From positions 160,001 through 224,000 of the forward strand of contig JAKFCY010000002.1 of assembly GCA_036676395.1 (NCBI GenBank): a stretch of 64,000 nt of DNA, in the 5' to 3' direction. The notes below the pieces were generated by a model. The model saw nothing but the letters and a program-made list of their open reading frames with translations. It did no database searches and had not been told where the DNA came from. Both the position numbers and the translations under genes were made by a program. The stretch comes from Bdellovibrio sp. (lineage in GTDB: Bacteria > Bdellovibrionota > Bdellovibrionia > Bdellovibrionales > Bdellovibrionaceae). Shown here one piece after another: positions 1 through 11,021 of this stretch. Each line of letters opens with the position of its first letter. Within the stretch, counting starts at the first letter, position 1.

Positions 1-317
1 TAGACGCCATTTTGCCCTGGGCCGACGTTGCAATCAATTGTTGTGAAATCATCTGATATTGCGACATCTTCACATTCATAGCTGCCAATAAAAACACGGG
101 CCTTTTTATAAAAATTGGTTCCGGTAATTTGAATCGGGCAACCGCCAGAAATACTGCAGTAAAGATCGCCACCGCCATTCGCTACGATGCCATCGATAGT
201 TGCTTGTGGCAAATCGCCAGGAGCGAAGCTTTCAACTTCTTGAATTTTACTACAATTTGCAAGAGTGAGTATTGTTGCAAGCGATATGATTGAGATAAAA
301 ATTAATTTATTAAACAT
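1..317 (-). CDS. Lipoprotein with IPT/TIG-like domain (partial, runs off window start)
   Basis: Manual translation from ATG at 317: MFNKLIFISIISLATILTLANCSK (lipobox LANC)...GGCPIQITGTNF..VFIGSYEC..TTIDC, an IPT/TIG-like pattern. The start overlaps the upstream stop (TAATG). Confidence 0.65.
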   Translation of the reverse strand, partial: MFNKLIFISIISLATILTLANCSKIQEVESFAPGDLPQATIDGIVANGGGDLYCSISGGCPIQITGTNFYKKARVFIGSYECEDVAISDDFTTIDCNVGPGQNGV

Positions 318-907
318 TAATTTCGCCCGCTTTTAAAATTAGATAACACTAAGCCCACTGAAAATCGATTCATTGTAACATCTGCATCGGATAGGCTTTC
401 ATTGTAAGTTGTAGCCGAATAATCCACGACTAAACCGATTTCTTTGCGCAATTGCGCGGTAACTTGAACGCCGTAAGCAAAATTACTTTTGTAAGCAGAA
501 CTTTCGCCGTTGCCGGTGGTTTTGGTGAGTTTAAAGTCATTGCTTGGTTTTAAGATGATTCCGCCGCTGTATTTGCCGTTGAAGTACTCGATACGAAGGC
601 CTGCGTTAGTTTCTTTGCCTGTTAGATTTGTAAAATTCACTTCAGAGGGGCTCGTAGTTTGATTCACGATAACGTATTCGTAATTTAAACCAAACCTAAG
701 TTTTTTGTAGTTATAACCAAAAAAAGCAGCGATCGGAAAATACTCCATCGTGCGATCTGGAGCTAAATTATTTAAATCGCCATTTCCCATATTTCCAGAT
801 CCGAACATCGCCATGATTCCATATGAATAGTTACCACTTCGCTGCGCGAGCGAAAAAGACGGCATAGCCAGAACTAGTATGAGTAAAATCCTTTTAAAAC
901 TGCACAC
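317..907 (-). CDS. Secreted, probable outer-membrane beta-barrel protein
   Basis: Signal peptide (SFSLA-Q) and alternating aromatic/Gly beta-strand pattern. Confidence 0.55.
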   Translation of the reverse strand: MCSFKRILLILVLAMPSFSLAQRSGNYSYGIMAMFGSGNMGNGDLNNLAPDRTMEYFPIAAFFGYNYKKLRFGLNYEYVIVNQTTSPSEVNFTNLTGKETNAGLRIEYFNGKYSGGIILKPSNDFKLTKTTGNGESSAYKSNFAYGVQVTAQLRKEIGLVVDYSATTYNESLSDADVTMNRFSVGLVLSNFKSGRN

Positions 908-1057
908 TTGGTTATCAGTATAAATCTAAATTGGTTACATCACAAATTTGGTCTCTATTTGAGAACGAGCGCCTGCACCAAAGGCCAGGGATAAAGATAC
1001 CCGAACGCTTAAAGATGTACTTAAATAGTGGGGTAAAGACTTACAACAGGATGTTTA

Positions 1058-4000
1058 ATGGAAAAGATCAAAATTTTTTTTGGTAATTTGTTCGCGCTTA
1101 TCTTCGGAAATATCAATTATACTAAACCAGTCTGGCTGCAAAAAATATTTGATCTGGCAAAAGTAAATCCCCAAAAAACAAAAAAGTTTTTTATCACTTT
1201 GGGCGCGGTTGTTGTAACTGCAGTCGGAGCCATCTTAGATAAAAACTATTACGACAATTTACCTAAACCAAACGCAGTCTCGTTTCGCGTAGGGCAGATC
1301 TATTCTTACAATCACATCCAGCCTGAACCACGCTCTTTGTATATTACATTCAATAAATCAGCGGCGTCAGTTGACATGATTGGTAAACCAATTGCCAATG
1401 CTGAGGGTAATGGTATTAAATTAAAACCAGAGATCAAAGGTCAGTGGGTTTGGGCTTCAGATAAAGAATTAAAATTTACGCCGATCATGGAAAAAGGCAA
1501 AAGCGAATGGCCCATCGGGCAAAAATTTAGCGGAACGATTTCGAAAAAAATTCTTGGACCAAATATCATTTTACAGGATTATGATTTTAAATTTGAAATC
1601 GAGCCATTAAAGGCAAATAGCAGCAGCAGCGGTTTTCATCAAGATCCACGCTTTGCTGAAAATAAAAAAGTAATCACAACATTTCATTTTAATTATCCTG
1701 TTGATCCTGAATCTGTGAAAAAGCGCCTGAGCTTAATGGAAAAAACCGATAATGGTATCGAAGGACGTTCAAATTTAGAATTTTCAGTTTCATTTGATGA
1801 ATACAAAACTAATATGTATGTGCAATCGGCGAATCTTAAGATTGGCAACAGCAACATGGTTTATCGTTATGTGATTGCAAAAGGTTTTACTTCGCCATTA
1901 GGTGGTCAATCAGTGGCTGAAGCTGATGCGTCGATTCGAGTGCCATCGCTGTATGATTATTTTAAAATTACGAATGCTACAATTGTAATTGCCCGAAATG
2001 AAAAATTTGAATCTGAACAGATTTTGCGTTTTGAAAACGTGGCTGAAATTGCTTCTGAAGAATTATTTAAATCGATCGAGGTTTTTGAACTGCCATTTTT
2101 ACTGGATAAAAATGAAAAAAAGAGCACCGCTTACCCCTGGGAGAGCGTTTCTGAAGTGACTGAAGAAGTCATAAAAAGATCAAAAAAATTGGTTTTAACG
2201 ACAATTCCATCAGAGCAGTTAGTTTCATTAGAACATTCTTATAAATTTAATTCTCAACCGGGTAGATCGCTATATGTGCGTATTCCACGCGAAACAGTTT
2301 CATTTGGCGGCTTTAAATTAAAAGATGATTTTGAAAAAGTGATTTTGGTTCCGCAATACCCATCAGATTTACAAATCATGGGTAAGGGCTCGTTATTGCC
2401 GTTAACAGGCAGTAAGCAGCTTTCTTTAGTTTCTCGTAATTTAAATAAAATCACTTATCAAATTCACCAAGTGCGCCCAGAACATGTGAATCATTTGATT
2501 CCATCATTAGTGTATGAATTTTCTAAACCTGATATTTATGATATTCGCCCGGATCGCATTGCTGAACGTTTTAGTGGTGATATCCCGTTAATTAATAAAA
2601 ATCCGCAAAAAACGCAGTTTAGCTCGATTGATTTAGGGGCTTATTTAACCGGAAACAAAAAAGGCTTATTTTTAATTTCACTTCAATCTAAAGATTCGGC
2701 GGCCTATGTTGATGATCGCCGTTTTGTGATTTTATCTGATTTAGGTTTGATCGTGAAAAAAACCGTAGCCGGTGGTTATGAAGTGTTTGTGCAAAACGTA
2801 AGTACGGGCTTACCGGTTGTCGGAGCTAAAGTAAGTGTTTTAGGTCAAAATGGCATTAGCGTTTTAACAGTAGATACCGAAGCGAATGGCTCTGCAGAAT
2901 TTCCGAATTTAAAAGATTTTAAATATGATAAAGAGCCAATTGCTTTCACCGCGCAGCAGGGTGATAGCATTTCGTTTGTACCGTTTAATTCATATTCACG
3001 TGAAATTGATTTAACTTCATTTGATATCGGCGGCGCCCGTGATTCATCTGAATCAGATCAGTTAAATGCTTATATGTTCTCGGATCGCGGTATTTATCGC
3101 CCCGGCGAAAAAGCCGATTTTGGTATTATCGTTAGATCTAAAAATTGGGGAAAAGTTTTTTCACAAATTCCTGTAGATATCGTCATTACGAATCCAACGG
3201 GGCAAGAAGTTTTTAAACAAACTTTAAAAGTCAGTTCAAACGAAATTGAAAGCGTAAATTTTAAAACAGAAGATTATTTCGAAACCGGAAGCTATTCAAT
3301 CATGGCTTATATCAAGCAACCCGATAAATCTGTAGTGATGATCGGAAGTACAGCTTTTCAAGTCGAAGAATTTTTACCTGATCAAATCAAAGTGCGCACA
3401 ACTTTATCGCAAACAGAAATAGATGGTTGGGTAAAACCTAAAGATTTAAAATTGAACTTAACGGCTTTTAATCTTTATGGAAAACCAGCCAGTGAAAGAA
3501 CGGCGCGATCAAAAATTCGCATCAAAGCCACCGATGTGTATTTCAAAAAATGGAAAGATTATTACTTTAATGTGCCCAAGCCTTCGCAAATTGAAATCAA
3601 CGATAGTCTGCCAGATGTAAAAACTAATGAAAACGGTGAAGCTGAATGGAAGCTTAGCTTTGAGCAGTTAGAAAGATCTTTATACCGTTTACATATCGAT
3701 TCTGAAGTGTTTGAAACCGAAGGCGGTAAAAGTGTTAAATCCCAATTAAGCCAGTTGATTTCGGATCAAGATTATTTACTGGGATACCGCTCTGATTTAT
3801 TAGACCTATCATTCATTAAAAAAGACACTGCAGCTCAAATTGACATATTAACAGTGGATTCTAAGTTAAACCCGGTAGCGGTAAGTAATATCGTCGTTGA
3901 ACTGATCGAGAAAAAGCCGACGTCGGTGTTAATGAAACTGCCGAATGAAACTTATGCCTACCAAACAGTGTATAAACAGACAGTTCTGAAAACCTATAAA

Positions 4001-6856
4001 CTAGCAACAGCTGCAAAAGCGACCAAGTTTAAACTTGAAACCGCGCAAGTGGGTGAATATGTCTTAGTTTTTAAAGATGATCAAAAAACCGAGTTAAATC
4101 GCCTGGCTTTTAACATCGTTGGAACCGCCGACATTGAACGTGGTTTAGAAAAATCATCTATTTTAAAATTAGGTTTAAATAAAAAAGATTATAAACAAAA
4201 TGAAGAAATCGAAGTTCAGATTAAATCACCTTATGTAGGTGCTGGTTTAATTACAATTGAGCGCGATAAAGTTTATGCCCGCAAATGGTTTAAAACGACC
4301 AGTAAAAGTACGGTTGAAAAAATTCAGATACCCGCAGGCTTAGAAGGCCAAGCTTATATCGTCGTGACGATGCTTCGTGATGCCAAGTCTGAAGAAATCT
4401 ACACTTCGCCATTGGCCTACGGGGCAGCTACTTTTGCTATTGATTTAGAAGCTCGCCGTTCAAAAATTGAAATCACAGCTCCTGACGTTGTAAAACCTGG
4501 TGAAACATTAAGTTTTAAAGTAAAAGCCGAACATAATACAAAAGCCGCAATCTATTTAGTGGATGAAGGTATTTTGCAAGTTGCCAATTACAAATTACCA
4601 ACGCCATTGAATTACTTTTTTCAGAAAAAAGCCTTACAGGTTAATACGTATCAGATTTTAGATTTAGTAATGCCTGATTTTAATCAAGTGTTGCCAAAAG
4701 CAGCCGGCGGCGATGAAGGCTCAAATCTAGGGCGCAGTCTTAATCCGTTTAAACGTAAAAACCTACCTCCGGTGGCTCACTGGGTAGGTGTTGTCGAATT
4801 AACTGATAAATGGGCGGGCTTTCAGTATAAAGTGCCTGATCATTTTAACGGGAATCTAAAAGTCATGGTCGTAGCCGCTGATGATAAAAAACTAGGGTCA
4901 GACAGTGTCGATGTAAATGTGCGCGGCGATTTTATCATCAATGCCACAGCAACTACATTTACCGCACCAGAAGATGAATTCGAAGTTAACTTGATTATCG
5001 CAAACCAACTAAAAGGCAGTGGTGCCGAGGCTCAAGTTGAAATGAATGTTGAAAGCGCTGAAGGCTTTACGATTGTGGATAAAGGTGCGGATAAAATTCC
5101 GATTCCTGAAAATAAAGAAAAAAGTTTTAATATCCGTGCAAAAGCTACAGATAAATTAGGCTCATTTCCAATTACAGTAACAGCTGGAATCGGGACAAAA
5201 AAAGCCAAGGTAGAAATCCAAGTTTCAAATCGACCAGCAGTTCCTTACCAGCAGACTTTGCAATGGATGATTGTGCAGGATAAACCGGTTGAAATTACCG
5301 TCTTAAATGATAAAAAGCCAGAATTCAGAAAAAACTATGTTCAGCTGCACACTTCAATTAATGATCTAGTAAAACCATTCACGGCTTTCTATGAAGTGAA
5401 TGATTATTTATGTTCAGAACAAATTGCCAGCCAATTAGTGGCCCTTGTGCAAAAAAGCGATAAAACAAAAGATGAAACGCAAAAAATCAATAAGTTCGTC
5501 GCACTTCTGCGTGCGCGCCAACATACATCTGGAGCATTTGCTTTGTATCCAGGTGAAGGCCCAGCAAACTTAGATGTGTCATTACACTTAGGGATGATCT
5601 TTTTATATATGCAGGAAAAAGGTGAACCCATTCCTGAAGACATGTGGAAGCGCTATATCCAGAGCTTAAAATCTGATTACAACGAAACCCAATCAAAAAT
5701 GGATTTATTTCGTAAAACAAAAGCTATCTATTTATTGGTGCGTTCGCAGTATATTCCAAAAGAAGATCTTAAAAATATGGCCACATTGTTAAAAGACAAA
5801 ATGGCAAAAAAAGATTTCTCTGAAACTGCGGCACAATACTTAGCGGCCAGTTATAAAATGGCGATGCAAGATGATTTAAGCCAAAAAGCATTTACTCTGA
5901 GCCAGGAAAATAAAGCCGTGAGCTTAGAAAACAGTTATATTTTTCCACAGTCAGAGGTATTTGAAAATTTCGCTTTAGCGATTAAACATTTTCCGAATAA
6001 GGCTAATGATGTTTTCACATCAAAAGCTTTTTTCAGCGTGATCGAAGCTGCAAACCGCGGACAAATGAATACATATTCTGCCAGCTACTTGTTAATGAGC
6101 TTAGACACATTAATGAAATCTGGATCTGCAGCAGCTAATATCGAAAAGATCAAATTTACAGCTATCGATAGCGATGATAAAAAATCTGACCTTAAATCGA
6201 CTAAAAAAATCGATCTGCTAGAAACTTATAAAAAACTAGTCATCGAAAATGCTGGTAGCCCGGTTCTCTTAACTTATGTAAACGGTGGTTTTACAAAAAG
6301 TGAAGCGATGAAGCAAAACTACCAAGGTATCGAGATCTCGCGCACCTTTGAATATGCGGATGGTAAAGTCGCAACCACTACTGCATTAGGCGAAGAAATC
6401 ACAGTTAAAATCAGAACTCGTGTCACCCGTGATGATATGTCGTCAGTGGTGATCATGGATTTATTGCCAGCGGGATTTGAAGTCGTGATGGATTCAATCA
6501 GAAAACCAATTGATTCATACTCACCAGGTGATGAAGGCGGCGAAGATGAAGCGCCATCAGAATATGAAGAAGGTGAGGGCGAAGGAGAAGGTGCATCAAA
6601 TTGGCCGATGCAATTATTACTGAATAAAGCCTATGCGCAAACTTCATCGATTTCGCCAATGAACACACAACTTGTAGATGTGCGTGAAGATCGCGTAAAT
6701 ATTTATGCGATGATTGGTAAAGATATGGTCGAATACTCATACAAAATTAAAGCCGTATCAAAAGGCCATTTTAAAGTTCCGGGTATTTATGCTAAAGGTT
6801 TATACCGCACAGACTTAATCGGCCAGGGCGATTCGGGGCAGATTGAAGTTAAGTAA
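1058..6856 (+). CDS. Bacterial alpha-2-macroglobulin (YfhM-like)
   Basis: 1932 aa; SDRGIYRPGE (MG2), VEEFLPD, LVDEGIL, thioester motif CSEQ, DLLPAGFE and DVREDRV; directly upstream of pbpC. Confidence 0.95.
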   Translation: MEKIKIFFGNLFALIFGNINYTKPVWLQKIFDLAKVNPQKTKKFFITLGAVVVTAVGAILDKNYYDNLPKPNAVSFRVGQIYSYNHIQPEPRSLYITFNKSAASVDMIGKPIANAEGNGIKLKPEIKGQWVWASDKELKFTPIMEKGKSEWPIGQKFSGTISKKILGPNIILQDYDFKFEIEPLKANSSSSGFHQDPRFAENKKVITTFHFNYPVDPESVKKRLSLMEKTDNGIEGRSNLEFSVSFDEYKTNMYVQSANLKIGNSNMVYRYVIAKGFTSPLGGQSVAEADASIRVPSLYDYFKITNATIVIARNEKFESEQILRFENVAEIASEELFKSIEVFELPFLLDKNEKKSTAYPWESVSEVTEEVIKRSKKLVLTTIPSEQLVSLEHSYKFNSQPGRSLYVRIPRETVSFGGFKLKDDFEKVILVPQYPSDLQIMGKGSLLPLTGSKQLSLVSRNLNKITYQIHQVRPEHVNHLIPSLVYEFSKPDIYDIRPDRIAERFSGDIPLINKNPQKTQFSSIDLGAYLTGNKKGLFLISLQSKDSAAYVDDRRFVILSDLGLIVKKTVAGGYEVFVQNVSTGLPVVGAKVSVLGQNGISVLTVDTEANGSAEFPNLKDFKYDKEPIAFTAQQGDSISFVPFNSYSREIDLTSFDIGGARDSSESDQLNAYMFSDRGIYRPGEKADFGIIVRSKNWGKVFSQIPVDIVITNPTGQEVFKQTLKVSSNEIESVNFKTEDYFETGSYSIMAYIKQPDKSVVMIGSTAFQVEEFLPDQIKVRTTLSQTEIDGWVKPKDLKLNLTAFNLYGKPASERTARSKIRIKATDVYFKKWKDYYFNVPKPSQIEINDSLPDVKTNENGEAEWKLSFEQLERSLYRLHIDSEVFETEGGKSVKSQLSQLISDQDYLLGYRSDLLDLSFIKKDTAAQIDILTVDSKLNPVAVSNIVVELIEKKPTSVLMKLPNETYAYQTVYKQTVLKTYKLATAAKATKFKLETAQVGEYVLVFKDDQKTELNRLAFNIVGTADIERGLEKSSILKLGLNKKDYKQNEEIEVQIKSPYVGAGLITIERDKVYARKWFKTTSKSTVEKIQIPAGLEGQAYIVVTMLRDAKSEEIYTSPLAYGAATFAIDLEARRSKIEITAPDVVKPGETLSFKVKAEHNTKAAIYLVDEGILQVANYKLPTPLNYFFQKKALQVNTYQILDLVMPDFNQVLPKAAGGDEGSNLGRSLNPFKRKNLPPVAHWVGVVELTDKWAGFQYKVPDHFNGNLKVMVVAADDKKLGSDSVDVNVRGDFIINATATTFTAPEDEFEVNLIIANQLKGSGAEAQVEMNVESAEGFTIVDKGADKIPIPENKEKSFNIRAKATDKLGSFPITVTAGIGTKKAKVEIQVSNRPAVPYQQTLQWMIVQDKPVEITVLNDKKPEFRKNYVQLHTSINDLVKPFTAFYEVNDYLCSEQIASQLVALVQKSDKTKDETQKINKFVALLRARQHTSGAFALYPGEGPANLDVSLHLGMIFLYMQEKGEPIPEDMWKRYIQSLKSDYNETQSKMDLFRKTKAIYLLVRSQYIPKEDLKNMATLLKDKMAKKDFSETAAQYLAASYKMAMQDDLSQKAFTLSQENKAVSLENSYIFPQSEVFENFALAIKHFPNKANDVFTSKAFFSVIEAANRGQMNTYSASYLLMSLDTLMKSGSAAANIEKIKFTAIDSDDKKSDLKSTKKIDLLETYKKLVIENAGSPVLLTYVNGGFTKSEAMKQNYQGIEISRTFEYADGKVATTTALGEEITVKIRTRVTRDDMSSVVIMDLLPAGFEVVMDSIRKPIDSYSPGDEGGEDEAPSEYEEGEGEGEGASNWPMQLLLNKAYAQTSSISPMNTQLVDVREDRVNIYAMIGKDMVEYSYKIKAVSKGHFKVPGIYAKGLYRTDLIGQGDSGQIEVK

Positions 6857-9086
6857 AAAGTTTTTCTATTTAGGTTTAGTGGTAGTGATAGGATTAGCCC
6901 TGTCACTGCCATATTTTTTTTCGGGCGATTTGCTAGCCGAAAAAACTTGGTCGCAGCAGTTTTACGACCGCAATGGCAAATTACTGCGCCTGACTTTATC
7001 AGGTGATGAAAAATATCGTTTTTATACTGATTACAAAGAAATAAATCTGAAATTAGTCGAAGCATTCCTGAATAAAGAAGATCAGTTCTTCTATTATCAT
7101 CCCGGCGTAAATCCTTTTGCCTTAAGTCGCGCATTTTATAAGACCTTTTTAGCCGGTGGTAAAAAACAAGGGGCTTCGACGATCACCATGCAAGTGGTTA
7201 GACTTTTATACCCTGAAACAACTAAATCTATTTCAGGTAAGTTTTTACAAATTTTTCAGGCCATCAAATTAGAAACACTTTATAGCAAAGATGAAATTCT
7301 ATTAGCTTATTTGAACTGGGCTCCTTTTGGATCAAACTTAGAAGGCGTTGGAGCCGCTTGTTTTTTTTATTTTAAAAATTCATGCGAAAAACTAACTCAG
7401 GAGCAAATTGAATTTTTAGTGCAAGTTCCGCAAAATCCAACAAAGTTCACAAGTTTAGCCAATGAAAAAAAACAAAAGCTGGCCTTTACTGCGCCTCATT
7501 TCATTGAGTATCTAAAACAAAAGGGTATCGAAGATAAAGCCGTCACTACGACTCTTGATAGTATGCTCCAAAAAAATATAGAAACTTTGGCTGAATCTTA
7601 TTTTAAAACTATCGCGCGCACCGGCGTCAAAAATTATTCACTGGTGATTGTTGATACAGCTAAAAATGAAATTGTTTCTTATATCGGTTCACGTGATTAC
7701 TTTAACGCCGACATCAAAGGGCAAATTGATGCCAATCGTTCGTTAAAACCACCGGGATCAACCCTTAAACCTTTTATTTATGCTCTGGCATTACAACAAG
7801 GACTTATTCATGAAAAAACTTTATTAAAAGATACACGTATGACCTTTGCCGGTTTGAACCCAGAAAATTTCGATGAACAATTTTTGGGGCCGATGAGTGC
7901 AGATCAAGCTTTAATCTTAAGTCGGAACTTACCAGCGGTAGATTTAGCGCGAAAGCTTAATAACCCTAGCTTTTATGATTTTATGAAAGGCAAAAGTTCT
8001 CTTAGATTTAAAGACGAAAAATTTTATGGGCTTTCTTTGCCACTTGGCGGTGTTGAGATGAGTTTGTTAGATTTAATGAAGCTTTACACTTCGCTAGCTC
8101 ATCAAGGTCAGTATGCGGATTTAAACGTGACAGTAAAAAAACAAAAGTCTTTATACCAGCAGATTTTAACTGCAGAGTCTGTGTATATTGTATTGCAAAT
8201 GCTTAAGAAGAATCCGCGCAGTGAAAGTGCGACATTGCATGAATTAACTCATACAGCGATGCCACTCGCTTGGAAGACCGGAACTTCAAAGTCTTATAAA
8301 GACGCTTGGACTTTAGGGTTAATCGGTAATTATGTCGTAGGCATTTGGTTTGGTGATAATGATCGCGAGATGAATCCGGCCTTAGTCGGACGAAATATGG
8401 CAGCGCCGCTCTATTTTCAGATCTATGATTATCTTCGCAATAAGCCGCAGTATTTACGCGGCCACGAAAACCCCATTTGGGATTCTCGGGTGGGTCTTAA
8501 TATTAAGCCAGTGCACATCTGCAGTGTTTCTAAAAAATTAGTGACTGAAAACTGTGGGCATAAAACTGAGGCTAGTCTTTTTATACCTGCAGTTTCATCC
8601 ATTGAAACCTGCAGTATCCACCGTAAAGTTTATGTTGATTCCAATACCCAGAAAATATCGTGCAAGGCCGGTGCCTTTTTAAAGGCGCAAAGCCGCGTGG
8701 TTGAAGTTTGGCCGGATGATTTGTTGGCTGTTTACAAAGAAGCAGGATTAAAAAAAATCACGCTGTCAGACAAAAAATTTTCATGTGATGAAAGTGGCAG
8801 TCGTCTTGGGCAAATCAGCATAACCAGCCCACAAGAAAATATTGAATACCTGATTCAAACACAGCAAGGGCGGCTGAAAAAGCCAAAAATCCAGCTGCGT
8901 GCAATTTCAGAATCAGACAGTCAATATCTAGATTGGTTTGTAAATAAAAATTATGTGGGCCGTTCTTATAAAAGTGACCCCGTATTCTTTGAAACCGACC
9001 TTCCAGGCCGATATTCGGTGTCAGTGAGCGACAATTTAGGTCGTTCCCAAAGCAGTTATTTTAGTGTTAAAGTCATAAGCCAGTAG
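6843..9086 (+). CDS. pbpC: Penicillin-binding protein 1C
   Basis: Transglycosylase motifs EDQFF..HPGVNP and GASTITMQ; transpeptidase motifs GSTLKPF, SRN, KTGTS; C-terminal BiPBP-like domain; coupled to A2M. Confidence 0.93.
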   Translation: MKLSKKFFYLGLVVVIGLALSLPYFFSGDLLAEKTWSQQFYDRNGKLLRLTLSGDEKYRFYTDYKEINLKLVEAFLNKEDQFFYYHPGVNPFALSRAFYKTFLAGGKKQGASTITMQVVRLLYPETTKSISGKFLQIFQAIKLETLYSKDEILLAYLNWAPFGSNLEGVGAACFFYFKNSCEKLTQEQIEFLVQVPQNPTKFTSLANEKKQKLAFTAPHFIEYLKQKGIEDKAVTTTLDSMLQKNIETLAESYFKTIARTGVKNYSLVIVDTAKNEIVSYIGSRDYFNADIKGQIDANRSLKPPGSTLKPFIYALALQQGLIHEKTLLKDTRMTFAGLNPENFDEQFLGPMSADQALILSRNLPAVDLARKLNNPSFYDFMKGKSSLRFKDEKFYGLSLPLGGVEMSLLDLMKLYTSLAHQGQYADLNVTVKKQKSLYQQILTAESVYIVLQMLKKNPRSESATLHELTHTAMPLAWKTGTSKSYKDAWTLGLIGNYVVGIWFGDNDREMNPALVGRNMAAPLYFQIYDYLRNKPQYLRGHENPIWDSRVGLNIKPVHICSVSKKLVTENCGHKTEASLFIPAVSSIETCSIHRKVYVDSNTQKISCKAGAFLKAQSRVVEVWPDDLLAVYKEAGLKKITLSDKKFSCDESGSRLGQISITSPQENIEYLIQTQQGRLKKPKIQLRAISESDSQYLDWFVNKNYVGRSYKSDPVFFETDLPGRYSVSVSDNLGRSQSSYFSVKVISQ

Positions 9087-9094
9087 AGGTTTAT

Positions 9095-10180
9095 ATGGAT
9101 AATAAAGAAATAGTTTTTAAATACTCAATTTTAACTGTGGTTTATATTTCTTTTGCCTTATTGTTCTGGCCTTTTAAAACAGCGCTACTATTAGCTGCAC
9201 TTTTTGCGATGGCGATGACGCCGTTATTGAATCGCTGGCTGAATAAAATCGACCGCGAAAAACTTTTGATCTTTTTTATGGTCACTGGGTTAATTCTAAT
9301 TGTTATTGCACCTCTGACAGCGATTGTAACTAAAGGGATTTTAAATTTAGCGCAGTTACAACAAGACGCGATTGCACAATTACCTTTATATAAAAATGTA
9401 GAGGCTACCGTGAGCAAAATCTGGGGTTTTGCCAATGACATATCGTCGCGTTTTAATTTTGATTTAAATGAAACTTTTGATGTGCAATCACTTTTGCCGA
9501 AAGCCTTACAACTTGTGATTCCTTGGTTGACGGCCTTGATCACTAATTTTCCTGAATTTCTATTACAACTTTTCGTTTTCGTGTCGAGCTTGTATTTTTT
9601 CTTATTAAAGCGCCGTGAGTTTTTATCATGGTTTAAAGATAGAGGACTGTTGTCTGCTGATTCTTTATCAAGACTGATTAGCGTATTACAACGAGTTTGT
9701 TACACAGTGGTTTTTTCAACGCTTATTGTGGCCTCTGTGCAAGCAACGATAGTGACTGCTGCGGCTTCTATTTCAGGTTTTGATAATTTAATGATTATTT
9801 TCATTCTGACATTTTTTATGTCGTTTTTACCGGTTGTTGGATCGGTGCCAGTATCCGGAGCTTTAGCTTTGTTCAGCTTTTTGCAAGGTGAAACCGGGCA
9901 CGGTATAGTGATGTTGATCGCTTTAGGCTTTGCTGGCGGAATTGACAATGTTATTCGCGCTTATATCTTAAGTGCTGAAGAAGAAATTCATCCTCTGGTT
10001 TCGTTATTAACTTTAATCGGTGCTTTAGCCATGTTTGGAATTTCGGGATTATTTTTAGGCCCGATTATCGCAGAGCTTACTTTTGCAATTGGCAATATTA
10101 TGAATGGGTCTGATCAGCCGACGGAAGTGCCAGCGATTGTTTCTTCGGAAGACGAATCAGCGCCACAACGTTCCCGATAA
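9095..10180 (+). CDS. AI-2E family transporter
   Basis: Multi-TM; SFLPVVGS, IDNVIR, IHPL...FGISGLFLGPII motifs. Confidence 0.88.
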   Translation: MDNKEIVFKYSILTVVYISFALLFWPFKTALLLAALFAMAMTPLLNRWLNKIDREKLLIFFMVTGLILIVIAPLTAIVTKGILNLAQLQQDAIAQLPLYKNVEATVSKIWGFANDISSRFNFDLNETFDVQSLLPKALQLVIPWLTALITNFPEFLLQLFVFVSSLYFFLLKRREFLSWFKDRGLLSADSLSRLISVLQRVCYTVVFSTLIVASVQATIVTAAASISGFDNLMIIFILTFFMSFLPVVGSVPVSGALALFSFLQGETGHGIVMLIALGFAGGIDNVIRAYILSAEEEIHPLVSLLTLIGALAMFGISGLFLGPIIAELTFAIGNIMNGSDQPTEVPAIVSSEDESAPQRSR

Positions 10181-11021
10181 TGCAAAAAACTGCGCCTAAA
10201 GCTAAATACAGGCTCCAATTTAAATCTTCGATATAAGTCGAAACGATCAGGGCAATGATCGGCGAAGCGATACTGGTAAAGCCAGCTTTAGCTGGTCCGA
10301 TATTTTCGATCAATTTAAAATACGCCCAAAAAGAAATAACTGTTCCGAAAATTGAAAGATAGAAAAATGAAATTATAAAAGGTGAAGTGATTTCAACGTG
10401 CAGTGATTTTCCGAATAATAAACAGACTAATAATGAAAAACCTGCACCATATAACATAGCCCACGAATTATTCGCCGAAACAGGAATGTTATCTTTCTTA
10501 TTTAAATACGAAACTATGTTTCCGGCTGAAGCTGAAAGCGTAGATAATAGACCGATTAAAAATCCCCACAGCGAATTGGGGTGTAAGCCGATATTTAAAT
10601 ATTCATTCCACGCAATAAAAGCCATACCGAACAGGCACAAGATGCCACCCCACACGACTTTTTTTTCAAAAGGTATATTTAAAAATATACGCCCACCGAA
10701 CATGTTTAAAAAAATGATCGAAGTAAAAGCTAAGGCAATCAATGCCGAGGTGGCCATTGAAGTGGCCCAGTAAGTTAAAAGGTAATTTAAACAAAAGATA
10801 AATAAACCCTGGGTCGCAAAACGAAAGTGTTGCGAGCGGGTAAATTTAAAGAGTGAAATCTTTGTGAAGTAGCAGGTGATAAACATCACGCAGCTTGAAA
10901 AGATAAAACGGTAAAAAACTGCGGCGCTGCCATCAACGTAGGGAAGTTGGTATTTAATCGCAATCCAAGTTAATCCCCAGATGATGGCGCAGGTTAAGAA
11001 ATAACTGGTATTATTCCTCAT
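10098..11021 (-). CDS. DMT/EamA family transporter
   Basis: IWGLTWIAIK, about 10 TM, LIENIGPAKAG. Start reassigned to ATG 11021 (MRNNTSY); the longer ORF extension is a shifted reading of the upstream acidic tail. Confidence 0.88.
   Translation of the reverse strand: MRNNTSYFLTCAIIWGLTWIAIKYQLPYVDGSAAVFYRFIFSSCVMFITCYFTKISLFKFTRSQHFRFATQGLFIFCLNYLLTYWATSMATSALIALAFTSIIFLNMFGGRIFLNIPFEKKVVWGGILCLFGMAFIAWNEYLNIGLHPNSLWGFLIGLLSTLSASAGNIVSYLNKKDNIPVSANNSWAMLYGAGFSLLVCLLFGKSLHVEITSPFIISFFYLSIFGTVISFWAYFKLIENIGPAKAGFTSIASPIIALIVSTYIEDLNWSLYLALGAVFCIIGNVVALIRLPKKQSLALPSADQTHS

Noticed and set aside
10098..10180. 83-bp convergent overlap of AI-2E and DMT genes as antisense regulation
   Set aside because: Tail-to-tail overlaps recur in this compact window (32036, 34740, 50709), and there is no further evidence.
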